DNA of 64,000 nt from an uncultured Solirubrobacteraceae bacterium (GCA_964588985.1 CAZPQW010000003.1:32001-96000); one strand, 5' to 3'. Positions 46,825-57,273 are shown, numbered from the stretch's first letter. Made by a program: numbers and translations. The notes: a model not told the origin generated them from the letters alone.

Positions 46825-47574
46825 ATGTCAATGCGCGAGTGGGACGGGAACAGCTACGACCGCATCTCCGGGACCATGGAGGCTCTCGGGCTGGCGGTGC
46901 TGGATCGGCTCGAGCTCGCGGGCGACGAGGTCGTTCTCGACGCCGGTTGCGGTTCCGGGCGGGTCACCGAGGTTCTCCTGCAACGGCTGCCGCGAGGACG
47001 CGTGATCGCGCTCGACGAGTCCGCGTCGATGGTCGACGTGGCCAGGCGGCGGCTCGGGCCCGATGTCGACGTACGAGTTATGGATCTGCTCGACCTGGAC
47101 CTGGAGGAGCCCGTCGACGCGATCCTCTCGACCGCCACGTTCCATTGGATCTCAGACCACGAGCGCCTGTTCGAGCGGCTGCGCCGCGCGCTGCGCCCCG
47201 GCGGGCGGCTGGTCGCGCAGTGCGGGGGAGAGGGCAACATCGACGTCCTGCGCGGCAAGGCGGGCGCGGTGCTCGCCCGCGACCCCTACGCCGAGCACTT
47301 CCGCGACTGGCACCCGCCGTGGAACTACGCCGGCGCGGAGCTCACCCGCGACCGCCTGCTCGCCGCCGGCTTCGCCACTGCCGAGTGCTGGCTCGAGCCG
47401 GCGCCGCGCGAGCCCGAGGAGCCGCGCGAGTTCCTCTCCACGATCGTCCTCGGCCCGCACTTCCAGCAGCTCCCGCCCGAGCTGCGCGAGCAGTTCATGG
47501 ACGACGTGCTGAGTGAGCTGGGGGAGCCGGTGATCGTCGACTACGTGCGTTTGAACATCGACGCGACCGCCTGA
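46825..47574 (+). CDS. class I SAM-dependent methyltransferase (trans-aconitate methyltransferase-like)
   Basis: VLDAGCGSGRVT; STATFHWI; LRPGG; DYVRLNI. Confidence 0.9.
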   Translation: MSMREWDGNSYDRISGTMEALGLAVLDRLELAGDEVVLDAGCGSGRVTEVLLQRLPRGRVIALDESASMVDVARRRLGPDVDVRVMDLLDLDLEEPVDAILSTATFHWISDHERLFERLRRALRPGGRLVAQCGGEGNIDVLRGKAGAVLARDPYAEHFRDWHPPWNYAGAELTRDRLLAAGFATAECWLEPAPREPEEPREFLSTIVLGPHFQQLPPELREQFMDDVLSELGEPVIVDYVRLNIDATA

Positions 47575-47592
47575 GCGGGGTCGACGCCGAGC

Positions 47593-49437
47593 TCAGGCGA
47601 GCGCCGCGTCCGCAGCTGTTTCCGCGGCGGCCTGCGCGCCGCTCAGAAGCGCCGCATAGCGACCTCCCAGCGCCACCAGCTCGTCGTGCGTGCCGCGCTC
47701 CACGATCTGCCCCGCGTCGAGCACGAGGATCTGGTCCGCGTCGCGGATCGTCGACAGGCGGTGCGCGATCGCGATCGTCGTGCGCCCGCGCGCGAGATCG
47801 TCAAGCGCCTGCTGCACCGCCCGCTCGGTCTCGTTGTCGAGCGCCGAGGTCGCCTCGTCCAAGACGAGCACCGGAGGGTTGCGAAGCACCGTGCGCGCGA
47901 TCGCCATGCGCTGCTTCTCACCGCCCGAGAAGCGATACCCGCGCTCCCCGACCGGGGTGTCATAGCCCTCCGGCAGCGACGCGATCAACTCGTGGATCTG
48001 CGCCGCGCGAGCCGCATCTTCGATCTCCATATCTGTCGCCTCCGGGCACGCGAAGCGCAGGTTCTCGCGGATCGACGCGTGAAACAGGTAGGTCTCCTGG
48101 GACACCAGGCCGACTGTCGCCGCGAGCGACCCGAGCGTCACGTCGCGGATGTCCACGCCGTCGATGCTCACACAACCCTCCTGGGGCTCATACAGCCGCG
48201 CCACCAGGTACGCGAGCGTAGTCTTGCCCGAGCCCGTCTCGCCGACCAGCGCGGTCCGCGTCCCCGCGGGGATCTCCGCGCTGATGCCCTCCAGCGTCCA
48301 CGGCGCGTCCGGCGCGTAGCGGAAGTTCACGCTCTCCAGGCGCACGTCCCCGCGAACGTCCGCGAGCGTGCGCGCGTCGGGACGCTCGACGATGTCCACC
48401 GGCAGGTCGAGGTACTCGAAGATCCGTCCGAACAGCGCCAGCGACGTCTGCACTTCCAGGCCCACCGACAGCAGCGACTGGATCGGGAACAGCAGCCGCG
48501 TCTGCAGCGTCGTGAACGCGATCACAGTGCCGATCGAGATCACGTGCCGGGGGGAGACGCCCGCGAACAGGTACACCAGCGCGGGCATGATCGCGAAGCT
48601 CATCTGCACCGACGCCATCCGCCAGCGCCCCGCCATCCGCGCGCGCACCTCCAGGTCCGCCAGCTCCCCCGACTCCTCGCCGAAGCGCCGCACCAGCTCC
48701 GGCGAGCGCCCCATCGTCTTGCCCAGCAGAATCCCCGACACCGACAGCGACTCCTCCACCAGCGTCGACATGTCCGCCAGGCGGCTCTGGCGCACAGACT
48801 GGATCCGCCGGCGCTCCTCGCCCACGCGGCGCGTGAGCCACACGAAGAACGGCAGCAGCACCAGCGAGAACGCCGCCAGGCGCCAGTCGAGCAGCACCAT
48901 CGCCACCACCACCGCCACGACCGTCGTCACGTTCTGCACGATCGACGTGGCCGTCGAGGTCACCACGCTGTCCACGCCGCCGATGTCGTTCGCGATCCGC
49001 GACTGCACCTCGCCGGTGCGCGTGTGCGTGAAGAACGCCAGCGACATCCGCTGCAGGTGCGAGTACACGGCCGCGCGCAGGTCGTGCATCACCCGCTGGC
49101 CCACCTGGTTTGAGATCCACGTCTGCGCCACGCCGATCACGCTCGTGATCACCGACAGCGAGACCATCCCCGCGACCAGCTCGATCACCAGGGTCGTGTC
49201 GTGGCGCGGGTAGGCCTTGTTGATGAATTCCCGCAGCAGGAACGGGCTGATCACGCCGAGACCCGCCGACAGGAAGATCAGAGCCAGCAGCGAGCTGAGG
49301 CGCGCACGGTAGGGCGTGAACAGGCCGCGGATGCGCCGCAGCGAGACGGGCGTGGAGGGGATGTCCTCCGGGCGGAGATCCGGACGCTGGGACCGATGGC
49401 CCTCGCCGTGTCCCTGGGCGAATGGCTGGCTGCTCAC
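47593..49437 (-). CDS. ABC transporter, fused permease/ATP-binding (exporter)
   Basis: TM domain; Walker A GETGSGKT; signature FSGGEKQR; LDEATSALD; IAHRLST. Confidence 0.95.
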   Translation of the reverse strand: MSSQPFAQGHGEGHRSQRPDLRPEDIPSTPVSLRRIRGLFTPYRARLSSLLALIFLSAGLGVISPFLLREFINKAYPRHDTTLVIELVAGMVSLSVITSVIGVAQTWISNQVGQRVMHDLRAAVYSHLQRMSLAFFTHTRTGEVQSRIANDIGGVDSVVTSTATSIVQNVTTVVAVVVAMVLLDWRLAAFSLVLLPFFVWLTRRVGEERRRIQSVRQSRLADMSTLVEESLSVSGILLGKTMGRSPELVRRFGEESGELADLEVRARMAGRWRMASVQMSFAIMPALVYLFAGVSPRHVISIGTVIAFTTLQTRLLFPIQSLLSVGLEVQTSLALFGRIFEYLDLPVDIVERPDARTLADVRGDVRLESVNFRYAPDAPWTLEGISAEIPAGTRTALVGETGSGKTTLAYLVARLYEPQEGCVSIDGVDIRDVTLGSLAATVGLVSQETYLFHASIRENLRFACPEATDMEIEDAARAAQIHELIASLPEGYDTPVGERGYRFSGGEKQRMAIARTVLRNPPVLVLDEATSALDNETERAVQQALDDLARGRTTIAIAHRLSTIRDADQILVLDAGQIVERGTHDELVALGGRYAALLSGAQAAAETAADAALA

Positions 49438-49464
49438 GCCGTTGACTCTAATAGGCTGCGCGCA

Positions 49465-52400
49465 ATGCGCCGGCTCGTCATGGTCCTGGCCGCCCTAGCG
49501 GTTTCAGCGGTGATCGCTCCCGCGACCGCCGGCGCCGAAACGATCACGCTCGGCAACAGCCTCGCCGGCTCGGAAGTGACACTCGGGCTCTGCTTCGGCG
49601 AATGCACCGCCTTCCAGAAGGCAGAAGCGGGAACGGCCGTCATATCGCCGGTGAACGGCAAGGTCACGTCCTGGAGCTATCGCTCGGGCGACGTCAACGC
49701 GAAATACAGGTTGGAGATCCTGCACCCCACCGGCGGGGGCAGCTACGCGTTGAGCGGAGAGAGCCCGCCGATCACGGTCGAAGACAACGAACAGGCCGCC
49801 ATCCAGCACGTGACCCTCTCGACTCCGCTCGCGATCGCCGCGGGCGACAGCGTCGGACTGCACACCGAAAACGCTCCCGACGGCGTGCCGACCTCAGGCG
49901 TGAACAACGCCGGCGACGAATGGGGCGAAATCTCCCCGGACGCGCCCGGGAAAGCCAGCTTCTCCACCCAGCAGCAGATCCTCGTGCAGGCCACGATCTC
50001 GACGACCCCAACGTCCGAAGGCGGGGGCGGGGGAGGCGGCGGTGGCACGAGCGGGGGAGGCAGCGAACCTCCGGCGCCCCCGGTCCCGCACCTCGCCCAG
50101 GAAAGCGTCGCTCCCAAAGCGGGCCCCAGCCTGCTGCTGAGCGCCGCCGCGACCCAACTGCCGGCCGGAACGACCGCCGCCTCCTACACCTACCAGCTCG
50201 GCAGCGGCGGAGCGCCGATCCAATGTCCCGGCCAGGACCCGGTGCTCGACACGCTCGTCGCGAACACCGTCAGCACCACAGCCACCGTCACCGTCACCAC
50301 CTCGGCCGGCGGTACAGCGAGCACGAGCATCCCCGTCTCCACATCTCTCGGCGCTCTCTCCAAACTGAGGGTCGGGACCAGCTTCGCGAAAGCCGCCCGC
50401 GCTCACGCGGCGAGCGTCACGCTCGGACAGGTGCAGGCGCTGAGCTCTGAGTGCCTGCCCAGCACCGGCAACCCAGCGCAGCCGGGCCCCTCGCAGTCGG
50501 TGAGGAAAGTGCCGTTCGGCGAAAGCGCACCCACGATCGCGGGCTCGGCGGTCGCCAAAGTGGGGTGCTTCGACACCGTCAACGTGGGGATCGTCCAGGG
50601 CGTCGGCTGCTTCACCAAAGTCGACGCCGAACACCCGCTCCCAGCCAGCGAGGACGGCTTCATCTGCAAGCACTTCCGCTACAGCTGCGTGCTGGAACGC
50701 CTCCGCGAGCCGCCGCCCACGATCTTCATACCGGAAGGCGCCGGCGCCGCTCGTGTCGCGGCCAGCCCCGCCGAACTGGGCTACGACGGCGTCTACTTCT
50801 CAACCCAGCCGGTGCGCATCGACGGAGTGGAGATCGACCCGGTCAACGGCGGCGCGATCGTGCTCGCGCGCGCCGGACTCGTGCAGACCAGCTTCCTCAA
50901 GAAGGACTCCGCCTACCTCTACAGCTCCGACGCGGTCGTGAAGGTCGCCGGCATCCCCGTCAGCCTGCACGTGCCCGACTACTCCACGGCATACGGCAAC
51001 GCCAAGGGCGCCGTGGAATGCGCAAAGAAGACCGGCGAAGCGATCTCCGCGAACGAACTCGGCGCGGCCAACTGCCTCGGCTCGGTGAAAATCCCGAGCC
51101 TGGCCCAGGCCCAGAGCCTGATTCCCTCCACCGACGGGCCGATCGACCTGTCGGTGAGCCCCGAGGATCTCGGCATCGAGCTCGGCGAATTCACCATCCC
51201 GAGCGGCGTGCTGCCGATCCCCGCGATCCCCGAACTGCCGCTCAGCGGGTCGATCAAGGTCAACCTCACCGGCGTGGAATCCGCGTCGCTCGCCGTCCAC
51301 CTGGAGCTTCCCGGCGTGCTCAGCGACGGCAACGGCCACGGCCTCACCGGCGACACCACGCTCGAACTGAGCAACCGCCACGGGCTGGAACTGAACTACC
51401 TGCACATCAAGGTCCCGAGCCTCGCGCAGCTCGGGCTCTCGCGGTTGAAGAACCTCGAGTTCACCTACAGCAGGCCCACGTCGCTGTTCGAAGGCAAGGG
51501 CACACTCGACCTCAACGACGCGATCAACGGCGAAATCAACGTCGCGCTCACCTTCCAGCACGGCTCGTTCCAGCACGCGCACGTCGACTACACCGCGCCC
51601 TCCGGCGGCGGCTATCCGCTGTTCGGCCCCGTCTTCCTCACCTACGTCGGCGCCGACCTCACGCTCAACCCGACGAAGTTCGTCGGGCAGGCCAACCTCG
51701 GGATCGGCCCCGCGGTGATCGCCAGATGCGCCGCCTTCGGGGTGCAGGGCACGATCACGCTCGTGTTCGGCAACCCGTTCACGATCGACGAGCAGGGCAA
51801 CGAGCAGGCGCTGTGCGCCGACCTCGGCTACAGCCAGAGCTTCCACGCAGACAGCGACGGGCACGTCGGCTTCGGCCTCGGCGTCAACTACCCGATTCCG
51901 GGTCTCGGCAGCGTCGGCGGCCAGCTCTACGGCCAGGCCTACGCGGACCTCAACCGCAACGTGTACGAGGCGCAACTCGACGGCCAGGTGCAGGCCAACT
52001 TCGGCGTGAAGGAGTGCGTCTCGGTTGGTCCGTTCGAAGACTGCACGCCGAACGTCAACTTCTCGGCGGGCGCCACCGCCACGATCTCCCTCGGAGACCA
52101 GAACGGCAAGGCGGTCGGCGGGGCGGGCGTGTGCGTCCACTACAACTTCCCCGTGCTCGGCGGCTTCGACGTGGGAGCCGGCACCAACGACCTGCCGGGC
52201 GCGATCGCGAACTTCGCCACCTACAACCTCCCCGCGCTCGCCTCGCGCTTCCAGATCCTGCTGAGCAACTGCAACCTCACCCCGTTCCGGCTGCTGCCCC
52301 CGCCCGCCGGCATCTCGCGAGCGCGCGCGCATGGCGCCCAGGCCGCATACACCGTCCACGTGGCACCCGGAACAGGGGAGGAGGTCATCGGCCTGCAGGG

Positions 52401-53175
52401 ATCCGGGGGCGCACCGCAGGTGACCATCAGCGGTCCCGGCGGGCAGCAGCTGCAGACCACCGGCGAAGGCGTGAACGTCAACAAGTACGGCCTCTACGTC
52501 CGCCAGCCCTCGACAGGGCAGACGCTGATCGAGATCCCGCACGCGAACGCGGGCAGCTGGACGGTTCAGCCCGCGCCTGGCTCGCCGGCACTCGCCTCCG
52601 TGCAGGTCGCCAAGCAGCTGCCCGAACCGAAGATCACAGCGCGTGTAGGTGGCAGGAGCGCGAAGCGGGTGCTCAGCTACTCGTTCAAGCCCCAGCCCGG
52701 GCTCACGGTGAAGTTCCTCGAAGGAGTCGACCATGGCGCGAGCCCGATCGGCGCCGCGCGCGGATCGCACGGGCGAATCCGCTTCGTCCCGTCGCTCGGC
52801 TCGAGCGCGCCGCGCACGATCGTCGCCGAGCTCATCCGCGGAGGGCGGTTGGCGAGCAGCAAGGTCGTGGGCCGCTTCTCGCCGGGGAGGATCCGTCCCG
52901 GTCGCCCGTCTCACATCGCGGCGCGTCACGTCCACGGCGGTTGGAGAATCTCCTTCACCCCGGGCGCCAACACCACCGAGCACCAGATCACGATCCGCTT
53001 CGCCGACGGCGTTCAGGTGCTGCTCGACGCTCCGCGCGGACGTCGCGTGGTGACGGTCTCGAGCACGGTCGACCGCACGCGTCCCACGGCGATCCAGGTG
53101 GTGGGGCTGCGCGGCGCGACCCGAGGACCGGCGGCTACGCTGGTCGCACGCATCACCCGCCGCAGGCATCGCTGA
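49465..53175 (+). CDS. large secreted beta-rich protein (~1236 aa) of unknown function
   Basis: Signal peptide MRRLVMVLAALAVSAVIAPATAGA; Gly/Pro linker; PKD/FN3-like segments; Arg-rich C-terminus; host-like codon usage. Confidence 0.8.
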   Translation: MRRLVMVLAALAVSAVIAPATAGAETITLGNSLAGSEVTLGLCFGECTAFQKAEAGTAVISPVNGKVTSWSYRSGDVNAKYRLEILHPTGGGSYALSGESPPITVEDNEQAAIQHVTLSTPLAIAAGDSVGLHTENAPDGVPTSGVNNAGDEWGEISPDAPGKASFSTQQQILVQATISTTPTSEGGGGGGGGGTSGGGSEPPAPPVPHLAQESVAPKAGPSLLLSAAATQLPAGTTAASYTYQLGSGGAPIQCPGQDPVLDTLVANTVSTTATVTVTTSAGGTASTSIPVSTSLGALSKLRVGTSFAKAARAHAASVTLGQVQALSSECLPSTGNPAQPGPSQSVRKVPFGESAPTIAGSAVAKVGCFDTVNVGIVQGVGCFTKVDAEHPLPASEDGFICKHFRYSCVLERLREPPPTIFIPEGAGAARVAASPAELGYDGVYFSTQPVRIDGVEIDPVNGGAIVLARAGLVQTSFLKKDSAYLYSSDAVVKVAGIPVSLHVPDYSTAYGNAKGAVECAKKTGEAISANELGAANCLGSVKIPSLAQAQSLIPSTDGPIDLSVSPEDLGIELGEFTIPSGVLPIPAIPELPLSGSIKVNLTGVESASLAVHLELPGVLSDGNGHGLTGDTTLELSNRHGLELNYLHIKVPSLAQLGLSRLKNLEFTYSRPTSLFEGKGTLDLNDAINGEINVALTFQHGSFQHAHVDYTAPSGGGYPLFGPVFLTYVGADLTLNPTKFVGQANLGIGPAVIARCAAFGVQGTITLVFGNPFTIDEQGNEQALCADLGYSQSFHADSDGHVGFGLGVNYPIPGLGSVGGQLYGQAYADLNRNVYEAQLDGQVQANFGVKECVSVGPFEDCTPNVNFSAGATATISLGDQNGKAVGGAGVCVHYNFPVLGGFDVGAGTNDLPGAIANFATYNLPALASRFQILLSNCNLTPFRLLPPPAGISRARAHGAQAAYTVHVAPGTGEEVIGLQGSGGAPQVTISGPGGQQLQTTGEGVNVNKYGLYVRQPSTGQTLIEIPHANAGSWTVQPAPGSPALASVQVAKQLPEPKITARVGGRSAKRVLSYSFKPQPGLTVKFLEGVDHGASPIGAARGSHGRIRFVPSLGSSAPRTIVAELIRGGRLASSKVVGRFSPGRIRPGRPSHIAARHVHGGWRISFTPGANTTEHQITIRFADGVQVLLDAPRGRRVVTVSSTVDRTRPTAIQVVGLRGATRGPAATLVARITRRRHR

Positions 53176-53210
53176 GCGGCGGGTCGCGCTCGGCTACCCT
53201 CCCAGGTGTC

Positions 53211-53873
53211 GTGAAAGCCAATCTCACAGCCGCCGAGACGCGTGTGCTGGGGTGCCTGCTGGAAAAGCAGCGCACCACCCCCGACGTCTACCCGCTGTCG
53301 CTGAACTCGCTGCGGCTGGCGTGCAACCAGTCCACCAACCGCGACCCGGTGGTCGACTACGACGAGGCCACGATCCGTGACGCGCTGCACCGCTTGGAGC
53401 GCAAGGGCCTCACGCGTCTGGCGAGCGGCAACCGCGCCGCCAAGTACAGGCACCTGCTCGCCGAAGCGCTGCCGATGAACTCCGCCGAGCAGGCGGTCGT
53501 GTGCGTGCTGATGCTGCGCGGACCGCAGACCCCGGGCGAGCTCAAGCAGCGCAGCGAGCGGATGCACGCGTTCTCCGACCTAGCCGCGGTGCACGCCACG
53601 CTCGACGAGCTGATCGAGCGCGAGCTCGTCGCGCGCCTGGAGCGCCGCCCCGGCCACAAGGAGGAGCGCTACGCCCAGCTGCTGCAGGCCGACGCCGAGG
53701 ACGAGCCGGCTCCTCCAGCCCACGCACCCGCCACTGAGCACAGGCCCACGTTCACCGCCGGCGCCTCGCCCAGCGATCTGGAGGCTCTGCGTGAGCGCGT
53801 CGAGCGGCTCGAGCGGGAGGTCGCCGAGCTGCGAGCCGCCGTCCGCGCGCCGGTCCACGAGGTTCAGCTTTGA
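53211..53873 (+). CDS. YceH family protein (DUF480)
   Basis: RVLGCLLEKQRTTPDVYPLSLNSL..ACNQ..NRDPV; LRGPQTPGEL. Confidence 0.92.
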   Translation: MKANLTAAETRVLGCLLEKQRTTPDVYPLSLNSLRLACNQSTNRDPVVDYDEATIRDALHRLERKGLTRLASGNRAAKYRHLLAEALPMNSAEQAVVCVLMLRGPQTPGELKQRSERMHAFSDLAAVHATLDELIERELVARLERRPGHKEERYAQLLQADAEDEPAPPAHAPATEHRPTFTAGASPSDLEALRERVERLEREVAELRAAVRAPVHEVQL

Positions 53874-54640
53874 TGCCTCTCCACGCGGTTCTCGCCTCCT
53901 CCGACACCGCCACGGGGGTCGGCATCCCGCTCGCGCTGGCGGCGGGACTGGTGTCGTTCCTCTCGCCGTGCGTCCTGCCGCTCGTCCCCGGCTACCTGTC
54001 CACGGTGATCGGGGTGACGCCCGCGGACCTCAAGGGCGGGGTGGGAGCACGGCGGGTGCTCGTGCCGAGCCTGCTGTTCATCGCGAGCTTCTCCTCGATC
54101 TTCATCCTGCTCGGGATGAGCGCCACGGTGATCGGATCGAGCCTCAACGCGCATAAACACCTGCTCGAGCAGGCCGGGGGAGTGGTGATCATCCTGATGG
54201 GGCTGATCTTCCTGTCGACCCCGTTCATCGCGATGTTCAACCGCGAGTGGCACTCCGAGAAGCTGTTGCGCCTAGCCGGCCGCGGCGGCCCGGTCGTCGC
54301 CGGAGCCGCGTTCGCGATCGCGTGGACGCCGTGCACGAGCATCACGCTCGGCGCGATCCTCACGCAGGCCGCGATCTCCAGCTCCGCCGCGCACGGCGCG
54401 CTGCTGCTCGCCTTCTACTCCGCCGGCCTCGCGATCCCGTTCCTCCTGATCGCGCTCGCGTTCGAGCGTATGACGTCCGCGCTGGTCGTCGTCAAGCGCC
54501 ACTTCCCGGTGATCATCGGGGTGGGCGGCGCGGTGATGATCGTGCTCGGGGTGCTGATCCTCACGGGCGAGTTCACGATCCTCAACGCCAAGGCCAATGC
54601 TTTGCTGCAGGGGACCGGGCTGGACGTGTCGAGCGTCTGA
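53873..54640 (+). CDS. ccdA: cytochrome c biogenesis protein CcdA
   Basis: AGLVSFLSPCVLPLVPGY; AFAIAWTPC; YSAGLAIPF. Confidence 0.92.
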   Translation: MPLHAVLASSDTATGVGIPLALAAGLVSFLSPCVLPLVPGYLSTVIGVTPADLKGGVGARRVLVPSLLFIASFSSIFILLGMSATVIGSSLNAHKHLLEQAGGVVIILMGLIFLSTPFIAMFNREWHSEKLLRLAGRGGPVVAGAAFAIAWTPCTSITLGAILTQAAISSSAAHGALLLAFYSAGLAIPFLLIALAFERMTSALVVVKRHFPVIIGVGGAVMIVLGVLILTGEFTILNAKANALLQGTGLDVSSV

Positions 54641-55260
54641 TGCGAGACGTGTCGGCGTGGCTTGGCAAGCGGGTCAGCTACGCGAACGTCGTGGCGAGCA
54701 TCGCGCTGTTCGTCAGCCTTGGAGGTGTGTCGTATGCGGCCTTCTCGCTGCCGACGCACAGCGTTGGCGCTCGCGCCCTCCAGCAGGGCGCGGTTGGGAC
54801 AACGGCGCTGGGCTTTCCCCTCGGCGCGAAGCTCGCTACCAACTTCACCGCTGCCGATTTGGGCAAAGGGGGGTGCAACGGCGGAGGCCGACCTGGAGAA
54901 ATTCCACCCCCGTGCCCACCGCCCGGCCCATTCGGTGGACCGTCGGCGACACACCTGCGAATCGACGCGCGTCATCCCGGACACCTGCTCATATCGGTGA
55001 TCGCGGGCATCGAAAACAGGGGCGCCGCTGATACGCATGCTGAAGTCTCCTACGCAGTGATCCTCGACGAACGTGCGGTGGCTCACGGCGAGATCACCGT
55101 AGCCGGTACTCAACGGGAGCAGACGCCGATCCAGGCGCTCGTGCACGTTGCGGCTGGTGCGCACACGGTGGGCTTTCAAGCCAGGGCCGAGTACTTCGGC
55201 TACGGGCCGGGTGACGTCGTCGTCTCACCCGTCTCGCTTGCGGCGCTCTCGCTTCCGTAG
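54640..55260 (+). CDS. hypothetical secreted protein
   Basis: Signal peptide SYANVVASIALFVSLGGVSYAA; TGATG overlap with ccdA. Confidence 0.65.
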   Translation: MRDVSAWLGKRVSYANVVASIALFVSLGGVSYAAFSLPTHSVGARALQQGAVGTTALGFPLGAKLATNFTAADLGKGGCNGGGRPGEIPPPCPPPGPFGGPSATHLRIDARHPGHLLISVIAGIENRGAADTHAEVSYAVILDERAVAHGEITVAGTQREQTPIQALVHVAAGAHTVGFQARAEYFGYGPGDVVVSPVSLAALSLP

Positions 55261-55280
55261 CCCACCCGTAGACTGATCTG

Positions 55281-56120
55281 GTGCAGTTCCGCACCGTCTC
55301 GCACGAGCAGCAGCGTTTCGTTATCTCTCAGGCCGGAGAGGGCCCGGACATCGTGCTGTGGCACGGCTTCCCCGACACGCCGTACTCATGGTCGGAGATC
55401 CAAGAGGCGCTCGTCGACGAGGGCTGGCGCGTGACGGTTCCGTGGCTGCGCGGTTATCACCCCGACACGATCGTCCCCGGCCGCGACTACAAGCCGGAGA
55501 CGCTCGGCCGCGACGCGCTGGGGCTGCTGGACGCGATCGGCGTGCGGCGCGCGGTGCTGTTCGGCCACGACTGGGGCGCGCTGCTCACATACGTAGCTGC
55601 CGCGCTCCAGCCAGACCGTGTTCGCGCGATCGTGACCTCCGGGATCCCGCACCCGAGCGTCCTGCGGCGCACGCCCCAGGCGATGTGGTCGGTGCGCCAC
55701 TTCCTCGGGCTGAAGCTGCCGTGGGCCACCTGGAGCTGCAGACGCGACGACTTCGCGTATCTCGACCGCCTCTACCGCCGCTGGTCGCCGGACTGGTCGG
55801 GCCCCGAGCGCGAGGAGGCGCTGCGCCGGGCGCAGGAGGCGCTCGCCTCGTCGGTGACCCTCGATGCCTCGATCGACTACTACCGCGACCTACCGCTCGC
55901 CGGAGCGCCCGTGCTCGAGCGCGTCGGCGCCGTGCCTGGGCTGATCGTCGGCGGCGACCACACGCTCGGCGAACGGGAGCTCTACGGTCGCACCGCCGAT
56001 CTGCTTCCGGCCCCGAGCCGGGCGCTGATGGTGGATGGGGCGGGGCACTGGCCGCACCGCGAGAAAGCCGCCGTCGTCATCCCTGAGCTGCTGCGATATC
56101 TCGCTGAAGTTCCCGCATAG
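55281..56120 (+). CDS. alpha/beta hydrolase (epoxide hydrolase-like)
   Basis: HGFPD; GHDWGA; AGHWPHRE. Confidence 0.9.
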   Translation: MQFRTVSHEQQRFVISQAGEGPDIVLWHGFPDTPYSWSEIQEALVDEGWRVTVPWLRGYHPDTIVPGRDYKPETLGRDALGLLDAIGVRRAVLFGHDWGALLTYVAAALQPDRVRAIVTSGIPHPSVLRRTPQAMWSVRHFLGLKLPWATWSCRRDDFAYLDRLYRRWSPDWSGPEREEALRRAQEALASSVTLDASIDYYRDLPLAGAPVLERVGAVPGLIVGGDHTLGERELYGRTADLLPAPSRALMVDGAGHWPHREKAAVVIPELLRYLAEVPA

Positions 56121-56243
56121 CGAGCCACGGGCTGCTCCGCGCGCGTCGCATCAACGTGGCTTACGCCGCGAGGCCGCTACGTCGCCCAAGGCCGGTCGCG
56201 TCGAGGACGCGCTGGCTGGCCTTGCATGCATCATCGAGGGTTA

Positions 56244-56260
56244 GTAAGATGTTATCTTAC
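56244..56260. promoter_or_regulatory. inverted repeat, probable TA autoregulatory operator
   Basis: GTAAGAT-GTT-ATCTTAC perfect 7-bp inverted repeat 5 nt upstream of the antitoxin ATG. Confidence 0.6.
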
Positions 56261-56265
56261 ACACT

Positions 56266-56499
56266 ATGCGTACCACCATCTCGACAAAGGGCCAGATCGT
56301 TCTCCCGGCGGAGCTTCGTGCTGCAGATGACATCAAAGCGGGAGAGGAGTTCGAGGTCGACCGAGTCGGCCCTGATGAGTACCGGCTCACCCGGCTAACA
56401 CCGCCGCCGAACCGCGGCTTGGTGGACTGGCTGCGGTCGTGTCCGGAGGAGGGTTGGTTCGTAGAGATCGAGTCGGAGTCGACGGACTCGCTTAGCTGA
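56266..56499 (+). CDS. vapB: AbrB/MazE/SpoVT family antitoxin
   Basis: MRTTISTKGQIVLPAELR...IKAGEEF. Confidence 0.88.
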   Translation: MRTTISTKGQIVLPAELRAADDIKAGEEFEVDRVGPDEYRLTRLTPPPNRGLVDWLRSCPEEGWFVEIESESTDSLS

Positions 56500-56504
56500 T
56501 CGCA

Positions 56505-56927
56505 TTGGCGCGCTTTCTGCTTGACGCGAACGTCCTCTCGGAGGCGACCAAGCCCGCCCCAGACGAGCGTGTTGTCGAGTGGCTTGGGCACAACGAGCCC
56601 GAGGTCGCCGTCGATCCGATCATCCTGGGGGAGATCCGTTTCGGCATCCTGCTGCTTCCGCGCGGTCGTCGCCGAAGCCGACTGGAGCGCTGGTTCGAGG
56701 ACGGAGTGCAGACGGTGCAGTGCATCCCGTGGGAGGCCTCGACGGGTCTGCGTTGGGCCGAGTTGCTCGCGACACTTCGCGCAGCGGGGCGCGCGATGCC
56801 GGTCAAGGACAGCCTTATCGCTGCGACCGCACTGGCTCACGATCTGGCGATTGTGACCCTAAACCGACGCGACTTCGATGCTGCAGGCGTGGTTATCGTC
56901 GATCCGGCGGTCGAACCCGGCCGCTGA
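56505..56927 (+). CDS. vapC: VapC/FitB-like PIN toxin
   Basis: FLLDANVLSE; GEI..G; DSLIAATA; VTLNRRDF. Confidence 0.92.
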   Translation: MARFLLDANVLSEATKPAPDERVVEWLGHNEPEVAVDPIILGEIRFGILLLPRGRRRSRLERWFEDGVQTVQCIPWEASTGLRWAELLATLRAAGRAMPVKDSLIAATALAHDLAIVTLNRRDFDAAGVVIVDPAVEPGR

Positions 56928-56961
56928 CACTTCCTCTACCACTGGCCTCGCTCGCTTCCTG

Positions 56962-57231
56962 TCAGGCCGCGAACCGCTGCGCGATGCGTTCGCGGTGCTT
57001 GGCCGCCTCGACCTCACGGTCCTTCGGCGGCTGCGATGTCACCAGATCGTCCAGCAGCCTCGCCGATATCGCCGCGATGTCCGCGACCGCACGGTCAAAG
57101 GCATCGGTGTTCGCCTGTGACGGTTTGGTGAAGCCGCTGATCTTGCGCACGTACTGCAGCGAAGCGGCCTGCACCTCATCGTCGGTGGCGGGCGGCTCGA
57201 AGTTGTAGAGCGTTCGGATGTTTCTGCACAT
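56962..57231 (-). CDS. DUF2277 domain protein
   Basis: MCRNIRTLYNFEPPAT...LQYVRKISG...PS.AN. Confidence 0.9.
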   Translation of the reverse strand: MCRNIRTLYNFEPPATDDEVQAASLQYVRKISGFTKPSQANTDAFDRAVADIAAISARLLDDLVTSQPPKDREVEAAKHRERIAQRFAA

Positions 57232-57273
57232 GGAGCAGAGGTTAGCCGAGCGGAGACAGGCTGGGATCAGGCG

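Noticed and set aside
50451-53873. 1140 aa ORF in the track
   Set aside because: Off-frame shadow of the 49465 gene running into the real YceH gene (start 53211); Arg-rich composition typical of high-GC shadow frames
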